A stretch of DNA of 64,000 nt from the NCBI GenBank assembly GCA_964016885.1, contig OZ024746.1:61132001-61196000 (forward strand), given 5' to 3'. The position numbers and the translations under genes are program-made. Origin of the DNA: Eledone cirrhosa. Lineage: Eukaryota. Shown here in pieces: positions 14,718-29,040 of the stretch. Numbering within the stretch: position 1 is the first letter of the stretch; every line of letters begins with the position of its first letter. A model generated the notes under the pieces. It did not search any database. It worked only from the letters and a program-made list of their open reading frames with translations, and was not told where the DNA came from.

Positions 14718-14720
<3 letters not shown>
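14649..14720 (-). ncRNA. Hammerhead-like motif (separate family)
   Basis: ttccctt-CTGATGA-acga...tcgt-GAAA-ccttggg-TA-atggaa, next to (AT)n. Stem I is imperfect. Confidence 0.55.
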
Positions 14721-14791
<71 letters not shown>

Positions 14792-14820
14792 GACAGACTA
14801 GACTTTTTTAGATATATATA

Positions 14821-14899
14821 TTGGGTCGTCAAGTATGAAATTTGTAGACCCCCCCCCCCAAAAAAAAAATTTCTACAAATTTCACACTTGACGATCCAA
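14821..14899. mobile_element. Tiny mariner-like MITE
   Basis: ~28-bp inverted repeats (ttgggtcgtcaagtatgaaatttgtaga) flanked by TA. Confidence 0.6.
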
Positions 14900-15769
14900 T
14901 AGTTACCTACATTAACTGCGTTACACTCCCTGGAGATATCTAAAAAAAGTCTAAAGTCTGTCTTAAGCCAGAAGACTCATTTGGTCGGTGCTTTTCCCGG
15001 TTTCATGGCATGAAACGACTGAGAGTACAAGATTTACCCCTGGACAGGATGCCAGCCCATCGCAGGGTTAAACACCCCAGCTATCGCTGGTACTCATTTT
15101 CACCTGAGTATACTGAGTTTGATTCTTTGCTGGTCACTTTTTTTCCCGTCAATAGGGGTATTTTACCTAATTTTCCAATGCCGTGTTCACGGCTATTTTC
15201 CTGCGTGCGAAATTTTCTACACTTCTAAACATTTTAACTTACTCGACTCTTCAATGTTTTTTTACAAAATGTTGTCCCGGTTGTTTTTGTTCTAATTTTG
15301 GTAAAGGACAGGTATTTTGAGGGAGGGCTTAGACGATTAAATCGACCTCAGTAACTCATTGCTGCTTTATTTATCAACCCAGGAAAGACGAAAGGTAAAG
15401 TTGATCTTATCGAGTTTTGAACTCAGAACATAAAGAACCGAAATAACACTGAGTTTTGTCAAGCCCATACTTACAGTAGAAAACGTGTCATACAAAATAA
15501 TAGTTTCTACTTTTGGCACAAGGCCAGCAATTACCCCAGTGCATTACTGGTGCTTTATTTTATCGACCGCCGTAAGGATGAAAGGCAAAGTTAACCCTCG
15601 GTGGGATTTGAACTCAGAACGCAAAGGGCCGTGGTGTCTGACACTCTGCCGATACTGCCAACTCACCACTACAGAATAATATGCGAGGGCAATGACAGGA
15701 AATGCGAAACTCTGACTAGCGATCTTTAAAATAAATTTCACACAGACACGCATACACACACATACATAT

Positions 15770-15873
<104 letters not shown>

Positions 15874-15949
15874 AAGAACCACATTGGCATTTGGTTGGAC
15901 AATACATGCGTCCCTTAGCGTCTTGTGCGTGAAGGAACACATATCCTAT

Positions 15950-15981
<32 letters not shown>

Positions 15982-16236
15982 TACTCTCTCACACACGCAT
16001 GAACCTAATAGTCCGATGAGTGTATGTGACAGCCATAACATATACAAGCCTTCCTTGACTACTGACGTTAATAAGAATCCTATTCAACACGAAACTCTTC
16101 AGTTTGACGTCTGTATCGAAAACAAGGATGTAGACATTTCCTGCGTAAATCACTTGGGAAAGTGATTTACGCAGTTTGACAGATGATAAACAGTAAATAT
16201 TATGAGAAGCGTGGAAATCGAATTGGTTTCGGTAGT

Positions 16237-16531
16237 CAGGACCGGATTTAATGGGGGACAAAGGAGGCAATTGCCCCGGGTCCCCGGCACTGGGGGAGAG
16301 GGTCACCAGCGACGGTCGTAGCAATTTATTTGTACCCTCAACTGTTTTTTTTTTAGTTTTAGGATGGTTAAAATTTTTGAATTTAATACCTGTATGTATA
16401 ACTTTTCAACTCCAGTTGCGCCAAGCTAACTTTGATACGTAAAAATGTCTGGTTTTCTTGTGTATGAGCGCCCCCCCCCCCCAAAAAAAAACTGAAATGT
16501 CCCGGACCCCCGATGGGTCACCACTACCCTG
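16237..16531. mobile_element. hAT-type MITE
   Basis: CAGG...CCTG ends with a perfect 8-bp target-site duplication tcggtagt (16229-16236, 16532-16539). Confidence 0.75.
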
Positions 16532-16619
16532 TCGGTAGTAGTGACACACAACTTGCTAATTTTAAAGAGTAAAAGATCAGTGTGCTAAGACATATCAGTG
16601 TGTTAGAGTTATAAATCTA

Positions 16620-16990
16620 TTGGTAACTGATATATGGTATGACCATCTTCCCGTTCCGCGGTGGCAAACCCCTCGTCTGGGATGCCACTTGCACCGACAT
16701 TTTCTGCAGCCGCAACCTGGTGCAGTCTGCGACTGACCCAGGTTCTGCTGCACGTCGGGCTGAGGGGGCCAAACTCCTCAAATACCGGTCGCTCTCCGAC
16801 AGGTTTGCGGTCGTTCCCCTGGCAGTAGAGACTTCTGGTGTCCTCGGCCCCAGGGCTACCCACCATAGGCGCTGAGCTGGCCAGCCGTAGGTGTAAGCCC
16901 CGCGAGTTGGAGTGGCTTTTCCAGCGTATCTCCCTTGCCGTCCTCCGGGGAAACGCCTTCTCCATTCTGTCCGCCGGGGCTGTGTGTGTG
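16620..16990 (+). mobile_element. CRE-clade non-LTR element, 3' fragment (restriction-like endonuclease)
   Basis: GMTIFPFRGGKPLVWDATC...KLLKY...PLAVETSGVLG...LFQRISLAVLRGNA, with one frameshift. Confidence 0.75.
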
Positions 16991-17324
16991 GGAGGGGGGG
17001 GGGCACCATCGCGTACCAATACATTAGTTAAATACCATTCTTTCATCTGATATATCTCTAAATTATATTTTGTACAATAATAAACGTTTATACTCTACTG
17101 ATATAAATATATTGATGATTAACATATGTATGGATATTTTCATTTATTTTATTTGTCATTCCTTTTGTTCTTGTGGAATGTTCTTCAATATGAATTTAAT
17201 TTCCATACACTAAAATCATAAAATTATCAGGTAGTAACATGTGCTTACGCCGTATTTGACTAAATAGAACTAGAGATTTGGGTTCGTGTCCCATATACGT
17301 CAATATAGTTATATACATCAATGA

Positions 17325-17483
17325 TATTAATACATGGAAACTATCTTTATAAAACCATATTTATTTTATTATATATATTTCAAGGGTACCAAAATTTTGG
17401 TGCGCTCTCATCAGATAAAATACAAAAAATGTTTTAAATAAATATTGACATATCCAAAAACAAGAACTTATCGTTTTAAGTTC
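17325..17483 (-). mobile_element. Solo pLTR-like repeat with hammerhead (17363-17421)
   Basis: Same family as 1836-2105, with CTGATGA...GAAA on the minus strand. Confidence 0.7.
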
Positions 17484-19011
17484 ATTTTGTATAGTCTTAT
17501 ATATATACATATATTTATATACATATATTTATATACATATATTTAAATACATATATATATACCTTCTATGGTCATATAGCTTCTAATTGAATGGGACGAA
17601 GCATTGGTGGCGGGTTGGTGTAATGGTAACATATTGGTCCGGCAAACCAAAAATGTGGATTCGTGTCCCCTGTACGTCAATACTCATCCTTTTGTTTTCC
17701 ATTCAGAGGGTTTTTTTTAAATCCCAACTAACAGACTAATTCTATTTAGTCAAATACGGCGTAAGCACATGTTACTACCTAATTTCCAAATTCGCTAGCC
17801 GTTTGTAAACAAAGCCTGCTTTGTGTCTCCCTATTTATATACTCATAAAATAATCTTTTTAATCACCCTTATCGATAGTTATATTTTTTGACATTGGTGA
17901 AACGTACGTAAAACAAATAAAATGTTATAATTCTCTCCATAACTGATGGTTTGTCCTACCAGATGGCCTTTTATTCAGTTGCGGTGAAGAATATTTATAT
18001 TTAATGCAGCTGCAGCGTCAAACACTGCCTGGTTTCAAATATCTCACGCTACTTATTCCAACGCCACACACTGTGTTTTTACACGTGTTATAACTATTTG
18101 GATATAGTCGACATTTTAAAATCTCATTAAAAAAAAAAAAAATCATTTTAGAGTTAGAGATTATAAAAAACTTATATTTAAATATGTAAAGGCGGGTGAC
18201 TGAGTGGTTAGAGATTTGGATTTGTAATCGTGAGGTTGTGAGTTCGATTCCCGGACCGGGCTATGCGTTATGTCATTGAGCAAGACACTTTATTTCACGT
18301 TGATCCTTCTGCCTGGATTTGTGATCGGTAGATAGTATTAGTAATTAGAAAGACCAATGGAAACATTGTTTCCTCGCTCCGATTTGACGAGCATTCGTTA
18401 AGATCTGGGATCTTGTCGATCGACTATGGATGTTGAATATATTCATTTATGTACAACTTGTATGGAAATTAAAGCAGCTGACTTTTACGTAGTAATGTGA
18501 CACCTTAGTCCAGGACCTACCCCAACCAAATAATACAGCAGTATCTTCCACCCCTTGCTTGTCCATAGCCATCATTTTGTACATCATATGCCTGCCTATA
18601 GCCGAACTGGTAACATCGTGTTTCAAACTATGCGAGCAAATCAAAGACAAAACAAAAAAAAAAAACATATTACACCTTAACACCAATACATCAAATGATT
18701 ATTACGCAACCGCTTTGATGTCTTCGAAATGCTCATAACAGGATTATATAATAAACAGAGAATACAGAAAACTGTTTCTCTTCTTTATAATATCAACTGT
18801 CCGTCTAATATCTTATAGGTTATACCTTAAGTTACCCACATTGTGGAGTGCTTACGCCTGTTTACACGATAGTCGGTCGATTAATTGATCAACCAAGGTA
18901 TTTTTTCCTTTGGAATAATTATGCATATACCATATGAAACTGTATTTTCCAGGAGATAACCTTGGATGCTTTTGTTCGTTTGTCCTCAGTGATTTTCCAT
19001 ATGCAACGTTG

Positions 19012-19097
<86 letters not shown>

Positions 19098-19126
19098 CAT
19101 ATATATATATATATGTATATATAATA

Positions 19127-19157
<31 letters not shown>

Positions 19158-19180
19158 CAATATATATATACATATATACA

Positions 19181-19214
<34 letters not shown>

Positions 19215-19277
19215 CACATATATACATACATACATATATACATGCATACATACATATATATATACACATATAAACAT

Positions 19278-19324
<47 letters not shown>

Positions 19325-19353
19325 CATATATACATATATACACACACACACAC

Positions 19354-19461
<108 letters not shown>

Positions 19462-19845
19462 GACCTTCCCAGTATGTATGAGTAATAATATATACACACT
19501 GACTGTAGTAATAATATATACACACCGACCGTATCCATGTATGAGCATTTGTCACAAACATCATTGTTACATAAGAAACTGAGCTGTAAGGTCAGATACA
19601 CGTGTCTATGCTTGACATCGGCGAGCGTGTGTCATTGTGTGCATGTGTATATGTGAGTGTGTGTATGTGAGTGTGTGTATGTGTGTGTGTGTGAGTGTGT
19701 GTATGTGAGTGTGTGTATGTGTTTATGTGAGTGTGTACGCAATGCTGTATTTAAGGATGCAGCAAAATTGAGACAATTGAAATGGGATGATATAATATTT
19801 ATTCTTAGTTGCCATTGTTTAGTCATAAAGCTGAAGTTAGGGATA

Positions 19846-20157
19846 ATTCATCACCACAATCACCACAACCACCACTACCATCACCAGTACCACCACCACC
19901 ATCACCAGCACCACCAGCACGACCAATACCACCACCACCACCACCACCACCACTACCACCATCACTACCACCACCACCACCACCACCACCACCACCACCA
20001 CCACCACCACCACCACCACCACCACCACCACCACCACCATCATCACCACCACCACTACTACCACCATCACCACCACCATCACCACCACCACTACCACCAT
20101 CACCACCACCACCACCACTAGTACCCCCACCAGTACCACCACCAACACTACCACCAC
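19846..20157. repeat. (CAC)n trinucleotide tract
   Basis: Direct observation; source of the poly-His and poly-Pro ORFs. Confidence 0.95.
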
Positions 20158-20992
20158 TTTGAAAAGGGTATGTCTTGCTAAAAACACTTATTAGCAAGAC
20201 ATACCCTTTTCAAAGACCCCCCTGTATAGATAAGAAATGTATAACCTGTAAATTAAGCCCCCATATTAACTGTAAAACTAGAAATGTAGTATATAGCATA
20301 AGATGTACTGAAGGACAATGTAGAGACAAAAATATAGTGTACATAGGTGAGACAGCTCGTAGTATAGGGGAACGGATAAACGAACACTGGCGAGACCTTC
20401 AAGATAGTAAAGAATCATCTGTACTCTACCAACATGCTAAAATAGAACACAAGGGTAAATTAGAGAACATAGAAATAAAAATAGAATCTACACACAGAAA
20501 AGACGCAATGTTTAGACAAATCACAGAGGCAATAAACATAAAAGAATTACAACCAAAATTAAATAGAAAACATGAGTGGAACAGCAACATCACAACTTAC
20601 AATTAAGGACAAAATGAAAACACACACACAGAACAAACAACCAACCAGTAACATGTAAATAAACAAATAAATAAACGAATACAAACACACACAGACACCC
20701 GGATGTGGCGCATGCGCAGACTGAGCACACAACACACACACAGAAACAAGATGGCGTAGGACAGAACAAAGGAGAGGCACAAAAGCAAAGAAAAGAATCC
20801 CCAGTCACTGAAGAGGTCACAGAATGTGTGACGAAAGAACTTTAACAATATATAAACAACCATCTGGTTGTGGAACCAACCAACCAACCGGAAATTTATA
20901 AATCCCTAAATTTATAAATTTATTATAATAAATTGAAGTGAAAGCAACTGGTGCGTGTGTTTCTTATTGGCAACATGACCCTCCCAAAGTAT

Positions 20993-20998
<6 letters not shown>
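20158..20998 (+). mobile_element. 3' fragment of a different Penelope-like element (GIY-YIG plus pLTR)
   Basis: ORF 20175-20606: CITC...CKTRNVVYSIRC...YIGETARSIGERINEH...H...EAINI...LN. 24-bp foldback at the 5' junction. Partial HHR CTGAAGA-g-gtcac...gtgac-GAAA at 20808-20836. Confidence 0.85.
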
Positions 20999-21026
<28 letters not shown>

Positions 21027-21029
<3 letters not shown>

Positions 21030-22941
21030 GAGGTTATATTTAAATTGTTGGGATTCAACAAGCTTAAAAATAGAATCTTCAAATCTAAAAAGAATCCACC
21101 TTCCAATAAACTATTAATGGAATTTGAAAATGAGATTATCTGTATCATACAAAATATTAAATTTAGGAAAAACCACTTTGTAGGCCATGATTACCTAAAA
21201 AGTCTCAAAAATAATATAGAAAACTTTGAAAAAACGGAAAAAATTCTTGTTAAATCAGATAAAACCAACAATCTTTACGGAATGCAAAAGGATAATTACA
21301 ATGATCTTATATTGAAAGAATTAAGGAAAAATTACAACAGAGCAGCCAATGATGACCTTGAAAAACTAAATACTGAAGCTTCTTATATAATGCAGGAATT
21401 AGGCATCGAAAATAGGACTCAACCCTTCATACCTAGGAAACCAAAAATTAATTTGAAGGACCATAAAATAAATTTTGAAATTGAATTACCAGTTAGATTG
21501 ATTGCACCATCTAAATCGGACCTTTGCATACTTAGCAAGAATATCAATATCTTATTTAAAATTATGGAATGGGACTAATGAAGTTATTGACTGGTTTAAG
21601 GACATTAAATATAAACATAACTATAAATTCATTCAATTGGATATTACTAATTATTACTCATCTATCACTCCTAATCTACTTAATAAAGCCCTTACATATG
21701 CATTTAAATATACAGATTTAACTAGCAATGAAATGCACATTATCTTAACTGCACGTAAAACATTAATTAAATTTAGCAACCACCTTTGGACTAGAGGAGA
21801 TAGGGATAACAATTTCGATATGACTATGGGGTCATCGGACTCGGCGCAATTAACGGATCTTGTGGGACTTTTTATTAACAATACTTTACATAGGAAAATA
21901 CCGGAGATGACCGGTGGTTTATATCGTGACGATATGCTATTGCTTATTGAAAATAATAATAATTGTGAAATAAATAGGAAAAGAAAAGAAATTATACAAT
22001 TTTTTAATAGCGTTAATCTTAAAGTAGAAGTAGAGAATAATTATAAAATAGTTAATTTTTTAGATGTAACTTTAAACCTTAATACTGGTCTTTATTATCC
22101 ATTTCATAAAATAAATGAGAATTTAAACTATGTTAACTTTAATTCCAATCACCCCAGATCCGTTAAAAACACTATTGTAAATTCTGTGCAGCAACGTATT
22201 TCTAGAATTTCAGCGAATAAAAATATATTTGAAGATAAAGCACAATATTATAACGAAGCGTTAAGTAGAGAAGGCTATAGTAATGAAATTAAATACATTG
22301 ACAATAAGGATGTGCCAATTAACCATAACTATAAATATAATTATAATAGGAAACCTTGCACTAACTCGAAAATCAAAAGAAAAAATAGAACTAGAAATAT
22401 ATTATGGTTCGCTCCCCCTTTCTCATTAAGTATTAAAACTCCTATCGCTAAATTCTTTTTTAAAGCTCTAGATAAGTACTTTCCTAAGACACAGATATTA
22501 CTCAATCTTTAATAGACATACTATTAAACTCTCATATTACACCACTATGAATTTAGCGCAGAATATTAATAGAATTAATAATAGAAACTTAAAACCTAAC
22601 CAGAATAGCATTAATACCTCTAGCAATATCCAATATAATGTTACGGCTCCCAATAATATGAATTCAGATAAATGTAATTGTAGAAATAAATCTAACTGTC
22701 CTCTAAATAATAATTGTTTAGTTAAAAATATTATACAATTGTAATGTCAAAACAAATGAAAACTCCTTTAACTATGTCGGCTCTACCTCCACAACTTCAA
22801 ATCTCGTTTTAATAACCATAAATGTTCCTTTACGAATATTGGTAAAAATCTTCAACTTCTCTATCTAACTTATTATGGGACTTAAAATCCAAGAATATTA
22901 ACTATTCTTTATTGTGGAATAGTTAATATTCTTGGATTTTA
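21027..22941 (+). mobile_element. Penelope-like element (probably Naiad-type), frameshifted and truncated: RT, Zn-finger, GIY-YIG
   Basis: ORF pieces 21045-21578, 21502-22512 and 22547-22744 with QLDITNYYSSI, MGSSDSAQLTDLVG, LYRDD, FLDV, CNC-x5-CPL-x3-CL and then YVGST. Begins with an inverted pLTR end (gcagaggttatattt...) next to (TA)n. Confidence 0.88.
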
Positions 22942-24031
22942 ACAGGACAAAGAAAACGTTTGTTGGTGCCTGTTTATGTCGTGGTTTTGGGTTCAATCCC
23001 TAATTTTTTTTATTCCTTACTGAAAGTACTTAATGAACCTGTGAACGTCCCTAGCAGTTAAGAATGAGAAATTGAATTGTTTCTGGCGCGATTGTACTCG
23101 TCATTGTTAACGAAAACTACATTGAAACACGCACACACACACACGTGTGTATTGACGGTAATACACACACACACACACACACATGCTAACGGCGACATAA
23201 CATTTACCGGTTATATAAACTTTTCATGCTATATAACATCGTACTGACTACATAGCCTTTTACCTGCTACATAGCTTTACCGGCTACATAATGAATACCG
23301 GCTACGCAATTGATCTTGTTTAAGGAAGTCTGCGAATAGTGTTTTAAAAAAATTATTTGTTAACTCACATGATGTGAAATTTTAGGGTAGTATTATCCCC
23401 ATGAAAATTAACAACCGAAAATGAAAATAATTATGTTGTTTCATTTTACGATTGAAAGAAAATAATTGTCGCAAATTAGAATTTTTATTTGTTAATGAAG
23501 TGTGTATGTGTGGTTAGAACTCCGGCACGTGGTTAAATTGATTTAAAGTTTAATTATTCATTTGATGTGAGTGTGTGTTTGTATGTGTTTGCAAATAAAT
23601 AAATCAGTTTGAAGACTCACATTTAGAATAAACGAAATTGTACGTTAATATGGCTAATGTTTTTGTTGTTTAGTCTTCAAAATGGATGTGTGAGAGAGTA
23701 AAACGGACAGTATCACCATCAACATGAACAATGTAAAATGAAAAGAATAGTTGTTTCAGCTTGGAAAGAGAAAGTAGCAGAAAGTATGAAGTTGTATAGA
23801 TTTTGAAGGGTAATGGAAAGAGGTATGCAGTTGAAATGAGAGTGAGTAATCGTAAAATATTGAGTTTTATCGATTTTTTGCGTAATTGTGGGTGAAATTG
23901 AAACAAATATATGTGCCATGACTCAATTGAAGCTATTTCGAATACTGAATTGTAAATTTCAATTGAAGAAATTCTATATCGTAGATTTCTATAACAAAAA
24001 AATGTGACCATACACTGAGCTTTATAGATTA

Positions 24032-25132
<1,101 letters not shown>

Positions 25133-25339
25133 TTGTAAACATGAAAACACGAGGAATGAGCAATTCATAACATGCAGATATATATTATTTAAAATAAAAT
25201 GATCTTTTGATGGAAACCAGACGATTTCATAACCATATCTAAAGCCATTATAGTCACTACATTTGGTCAAATAACATGGACCCCTAAACTCTCCAAGAAC
25301 AACAATAACAATAAACTACAATGTATACAAAAGACCTTA

Positions 25340-25575
25340 TGACTGGCAAGCGGCTCAGCGACCGTATCAACATCACCAGGCTTACACCAATTACATCAAT
25401 TGTCAAGTCAAGAGAAGCAGAGCCCGGCAGCCAAAACGATGGCTTGATAATGTCAACCTATGGACTGGATTTGATCTTTGCTCTTTAAACTCTGCTAGTG
25501 GTGATCGATCTTTGTGGAGAAAAAATCTCATGTTGATGCGCAGTCTGCAACTGGCGGAGTTTAGCGTCAAAGTAG
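25340..25575 (+). mobile_element. RTE-clade LINE 3' fragment
   Basis: SRARQPKRWLDNVNLWTG...DRSLWRK. Confidence 0.55.
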
Positions 25576-25784
25576 TATACAAAAGAATACACTATGCATC
25601 TTTATAGTTTAGCTACACCAACAAACCACAAATTTTCGACGATGTCTGTAAACGTAGTCTTTCGTTTTTGATATTGTAAATAAGCCACGAAAGAGCTTTT
25701 TCTTCCTGACAAAACAGGTGGAAGATATTGTGAGTAAATCTTCCACTTTACATGCCAGCCCTATCTTGCAATCAAATAACATAT

Positions 25785-26115
25785 AAAAGGGTAAAGACCC
25801 CCTTCGGTCACGAAGGACCATGTGATTTACTCCTAGGCACAAGTCTGAGGCACAAGTCTGGGAAAGGTTGTTTGTGGAAGACCAGCAGTTGCCCATGCAT
25901 ACCAACCACCCCTCTCCACGCCACCGATGATGTCCAAGGGAAAGGTAATGGCCTATACGGCTTGACACCAGTGATGTCGCAACTAATTTCTACAGCTGAG
26001 TGGACAGGAGCAACGTGAAATAAAGTGTCTTGCTCAAGGACACAACGCATCAACCGGTCTGAGAATCGAACTCACAACCATACGATTGCAAGCCAAATGC
26101 TCTAACCACTAAGCT
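25785..26115 (-). mobile_element. Second tRNA-derived SINE family (CORE/V-like domain)
   Basis: tRNA-like head (tagcttagtggttagag...gagttcgattc) followed by gtgtccttgagcaagacactttatttcacgttgctcc. Relatives at ~3290-3560, 18190-18305 and 61530-61790. Confidence 0.7.
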
Positions 26116-26486
26116 ATATAATAGATATATAACACACAGTAACTCCTAAAGTAACATATATAAAACACATAACACACAAAATACTGTACACATATAAAAA
26201 AGTATATAACATATATATATAACATGTATACAACACATAATTGTTTCTACTTTTTGGCACAAGGCCAGCAATTATCCCAGTGTATTACTGGTACTTTATT
26301 TTATCGACCCCGTAAGGATGAAAGGCAAAGTTAACCTCGGCGGGATTTGAACTCAGTCCGTAAAGGGACGTAACTGTGCTGCAAAGCATGGCGTCCGACC
26401 CTCTACCGATACTGCCAATCCACCGTACAACACATAATTACATATAGTAAGACACATGATACAATATGGAGTTAGTTATCACTTAC

Positions 26487-26699
26487 TTGTGTGGTTACAT
26501 CTCCATTGCGGACAACAGACCCCGGCAATTGTTTCAATTTGTGGATGATGGCAAGTATCTGACGGATAAACAATCTCTAATGGAGGGCAAATATATTTGC
26601 ATACTACATCCCCACTTTTGCATATACACGTCTCACTACATGATCGATTAAACGTTTCACCCTCGAACAACCATGTGGTCTCTGTGTAGCAGCCCGAAT
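26487..26699 (-). CDS. Exon: VWC domain
   Basis: ttttcttag acceptor, gtaagt donor, 213 nt, phase 1-1. GCYTETTWLFEGETFNRSCSETCICKSGDVVCKYICP...GVCCPQWRC. Confidence 0.9.
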
Positions 26700-27876
26700 C
26701 TAAGAAAATGAAATTGAATTGAGAAAAAGAAAGCAGAAAAAAAAACAACATTTATGTACTGACATATACATTTGCCTTTCATCCTTTCGAGGTCGATAAA
26801 AGAAGAACCAGTCCAGTACTGGGATTGATTCTTCCTTTATAGAAAAAATCGGCTGTGTTCAGACCTGGAGAGGGCTGGACTCCGCCAGGTTTTAAAATGT
26901 CCTAGACGCACCATATGACGGGGCTTCTACGACTTCACAAGGAGTTATGGGATCTTTATACTTATCCTTATATGCCTTTCAGACCTACCAACCTCTAAAA
27001 ATCCAACGAAAAGAAGTACTCCAAAACTGGGAGAAATGAGACAAAATGGGAAGATTTTACATAATGAAAGCTATACTCATTTTCACAAGAGAAGACATCT
27101 TTCACCGCCCCGAAGTGGTTGAGAGATCTCCCCGTCGGACGAGGAGAGTTGACAGGTCTGACATTTACTAGTTTCAGTCATTTTTTTCTAGAAGTACTTG
27201 AATAAGGGAAGAAAGTGAAATGCTTAAGATATTTATACGCTCTCCTAAATTGAGGAGAATAAGATTACTGAGAGACAACTTGAATGTCTGTAGTTCAGTT
27301 TCTGCAGGGAAAATCTGAGTGTGGAAGACACTGGGGGTTAGATTTGAATATTGGCAACAGATTTCTTTTAGGGTGGAGCTTATGATCCTTTTCAGGGCTT
27401 TCAATACTGATAAGGGGTGGAAGGTAACCTCAAATCAGAGACTTGCTCCCAATGCTTGCAAGAGAGTGAACTCTTGTTCTAGGCACCCGAGGTCAGGTAG
27501 CAGTGTTGAATAGACTGGCAGATTAAGCTGACTGAGCAAGTAGGCCACAGCCGGATTTCAGATATCTCATTACTACGGGACATCTCACTTGACGCTCTAT
27601 CAATTCCATCAAAATTCTACCTTGGGATTATCCTTTATGATATCGATACCAAAAGGTGGAAAAGTAAAGTTGACTCCGGTGAGATTTGAACTCACAACAT
27701 ATTGCTGGTACTTAATATATTAGGCACAACTTGCATGCATGCATGGGCCCGTAACTTCTGAAAGAGTCTTAGGGGCGCCATAGTAACATATGGTGTTTCT
27801 AGTGCATAGGCACAACTTAATCATACTTCATGTGTAATGGTTGAAGATGTGATGGTAGTACGTTCGAGAGGCATAG

Positions 27877-27951
<75 letters not shown>

Positions 27952-28115
27952 CACAAACACACATGTATATACACTCATGCATAAGTGTGCATGTGTCTGT
28001 GTGTATGTGCGTGTGTGAGTTTGTTAGTGTATGTAAAGATGAAGGTAACGGTGGTTTTAGTGGTGATGTTAGTGTGTTGTAATCGAAATAATATTGGCAG
28101 ACGAGCTGTTGATAC

Positions 28116-28691
28116 CTTTCACAGGAGTACTGACAGAAATAATATGTGAGAATGGTGTCAGCACCCGCTTCACTTGTTCCTTTTTGTCTGTTGAGATTAA
28201 TTCTTCAACTGGCATCGCCTCATTGCCTCTGCTATTTATATTTTGACTTCGCGCATTTTCCTCAAGAAATCCATGCTTGTAATTCTGTTTCTTTTCCGCA
28301 TCAATACGTGCACGTATGCGAATGTAATAATTCGTACTCGTTTGTAAGTGGTTCAGCTCAACGAACACGTCTTCTGGTGAGGATATATTTAGCGAAACCT
28401 GTTGCTTTTTTGAGAAGAAATTTGGCCCTAAAACGTCTGCAATTTTCATCGGTTGTATTTGAAAATGGCGGTCATTTGATGATCCAATTAACCATTTCGT
28501 TGATGAAGACACATTAAACAACACGCTCGACCATATAACGTTTGTGGAGTTGTGGGTTTGTATTGCGTATTGGATTTCATAACTGGTGAGTTGTTTACGA
28601 AGCTGGTTGGAAAAAGGAGGCGTAAAGCTAATGATCAAAGAGCTTTGGTTTTTTACATAGGCGGACAAATTTGACACGGCATTCGGATTAA
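28116..28691 (-). CDS. Exon: FN3 domain with long loop insertions
   Basis: ttatttcag acceptor, gtatca donor, 576 nt open, phase 1-1. PNAVSNLSAYVKNQSSLIISFTPP...YEIQY...LNHLQTSTNYYIRIRA...SHIISVSTP. Confidence 0.85.
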
Positions 28692-28789
28692 CTGAAATAA
28701 TAAAGAAAAATCAATGCAAAAAAAAAAGAATTATATAAAATATAGAATCCTTCCATTCTTCTATACATACATACACACACCCATACACA

Positions 28790-28841
<52 letters not shown>

Positions 28842-28969
28842 GTGTGTAGGAGGTGAGTTTTATTGTAGTACAATAAAGCAATGCAGATATCGGATAAGTA
28901 GCACTCTACAGTTTGTAGGACTGGAGTATAAATAATATAAGATCAAAAGATGGTTAAAAGAGTTCCATG

Positions 28970-29040
28970 TATTTTATTATGCGCATTTCAAAAACAAATA
29001 TCATCATGAGATGACATTTGCGTTTTCGTCAGATAAAATA
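28970..29040 (-). ncRNA. Type-I hammerhead in the 3' pLTR of the Penelope-like element
   Basis: tattttat-CTGACGA-aaacgcaaatgtcatc...gatatttgttttt-GAAA-tgcgca-TA-ataaaata. Confidence 0.82.

Noticed and set aside
15878-15945. Cys-containing peptide ([10 protein letters not shown]) as an exon
   Set aside because: Sits between microsatellites, has poor splice signals and lacks VWC spacing.
17610-17682. tRNA gene
   Set aside because: A and B box remnants are present, but the cloverleaf is degenerate. More likely a SINE head.
18447-18630. Possible further minus-strand exon after a polypyrimidine tract and AG
   Set aside because: No VWC, FN3 or other recognisable motif in any frame, and no clear donor.
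19657-20197. Poly-His, poly-Pro and poly-Gly ORFs
   Set aside because: (CAC)n tract with no splice or domain support.
27174-27540. Minus-strand ORF as a host exon
   Set aside because: More like a heavily decayed LINE remnant, too degraded to classify.
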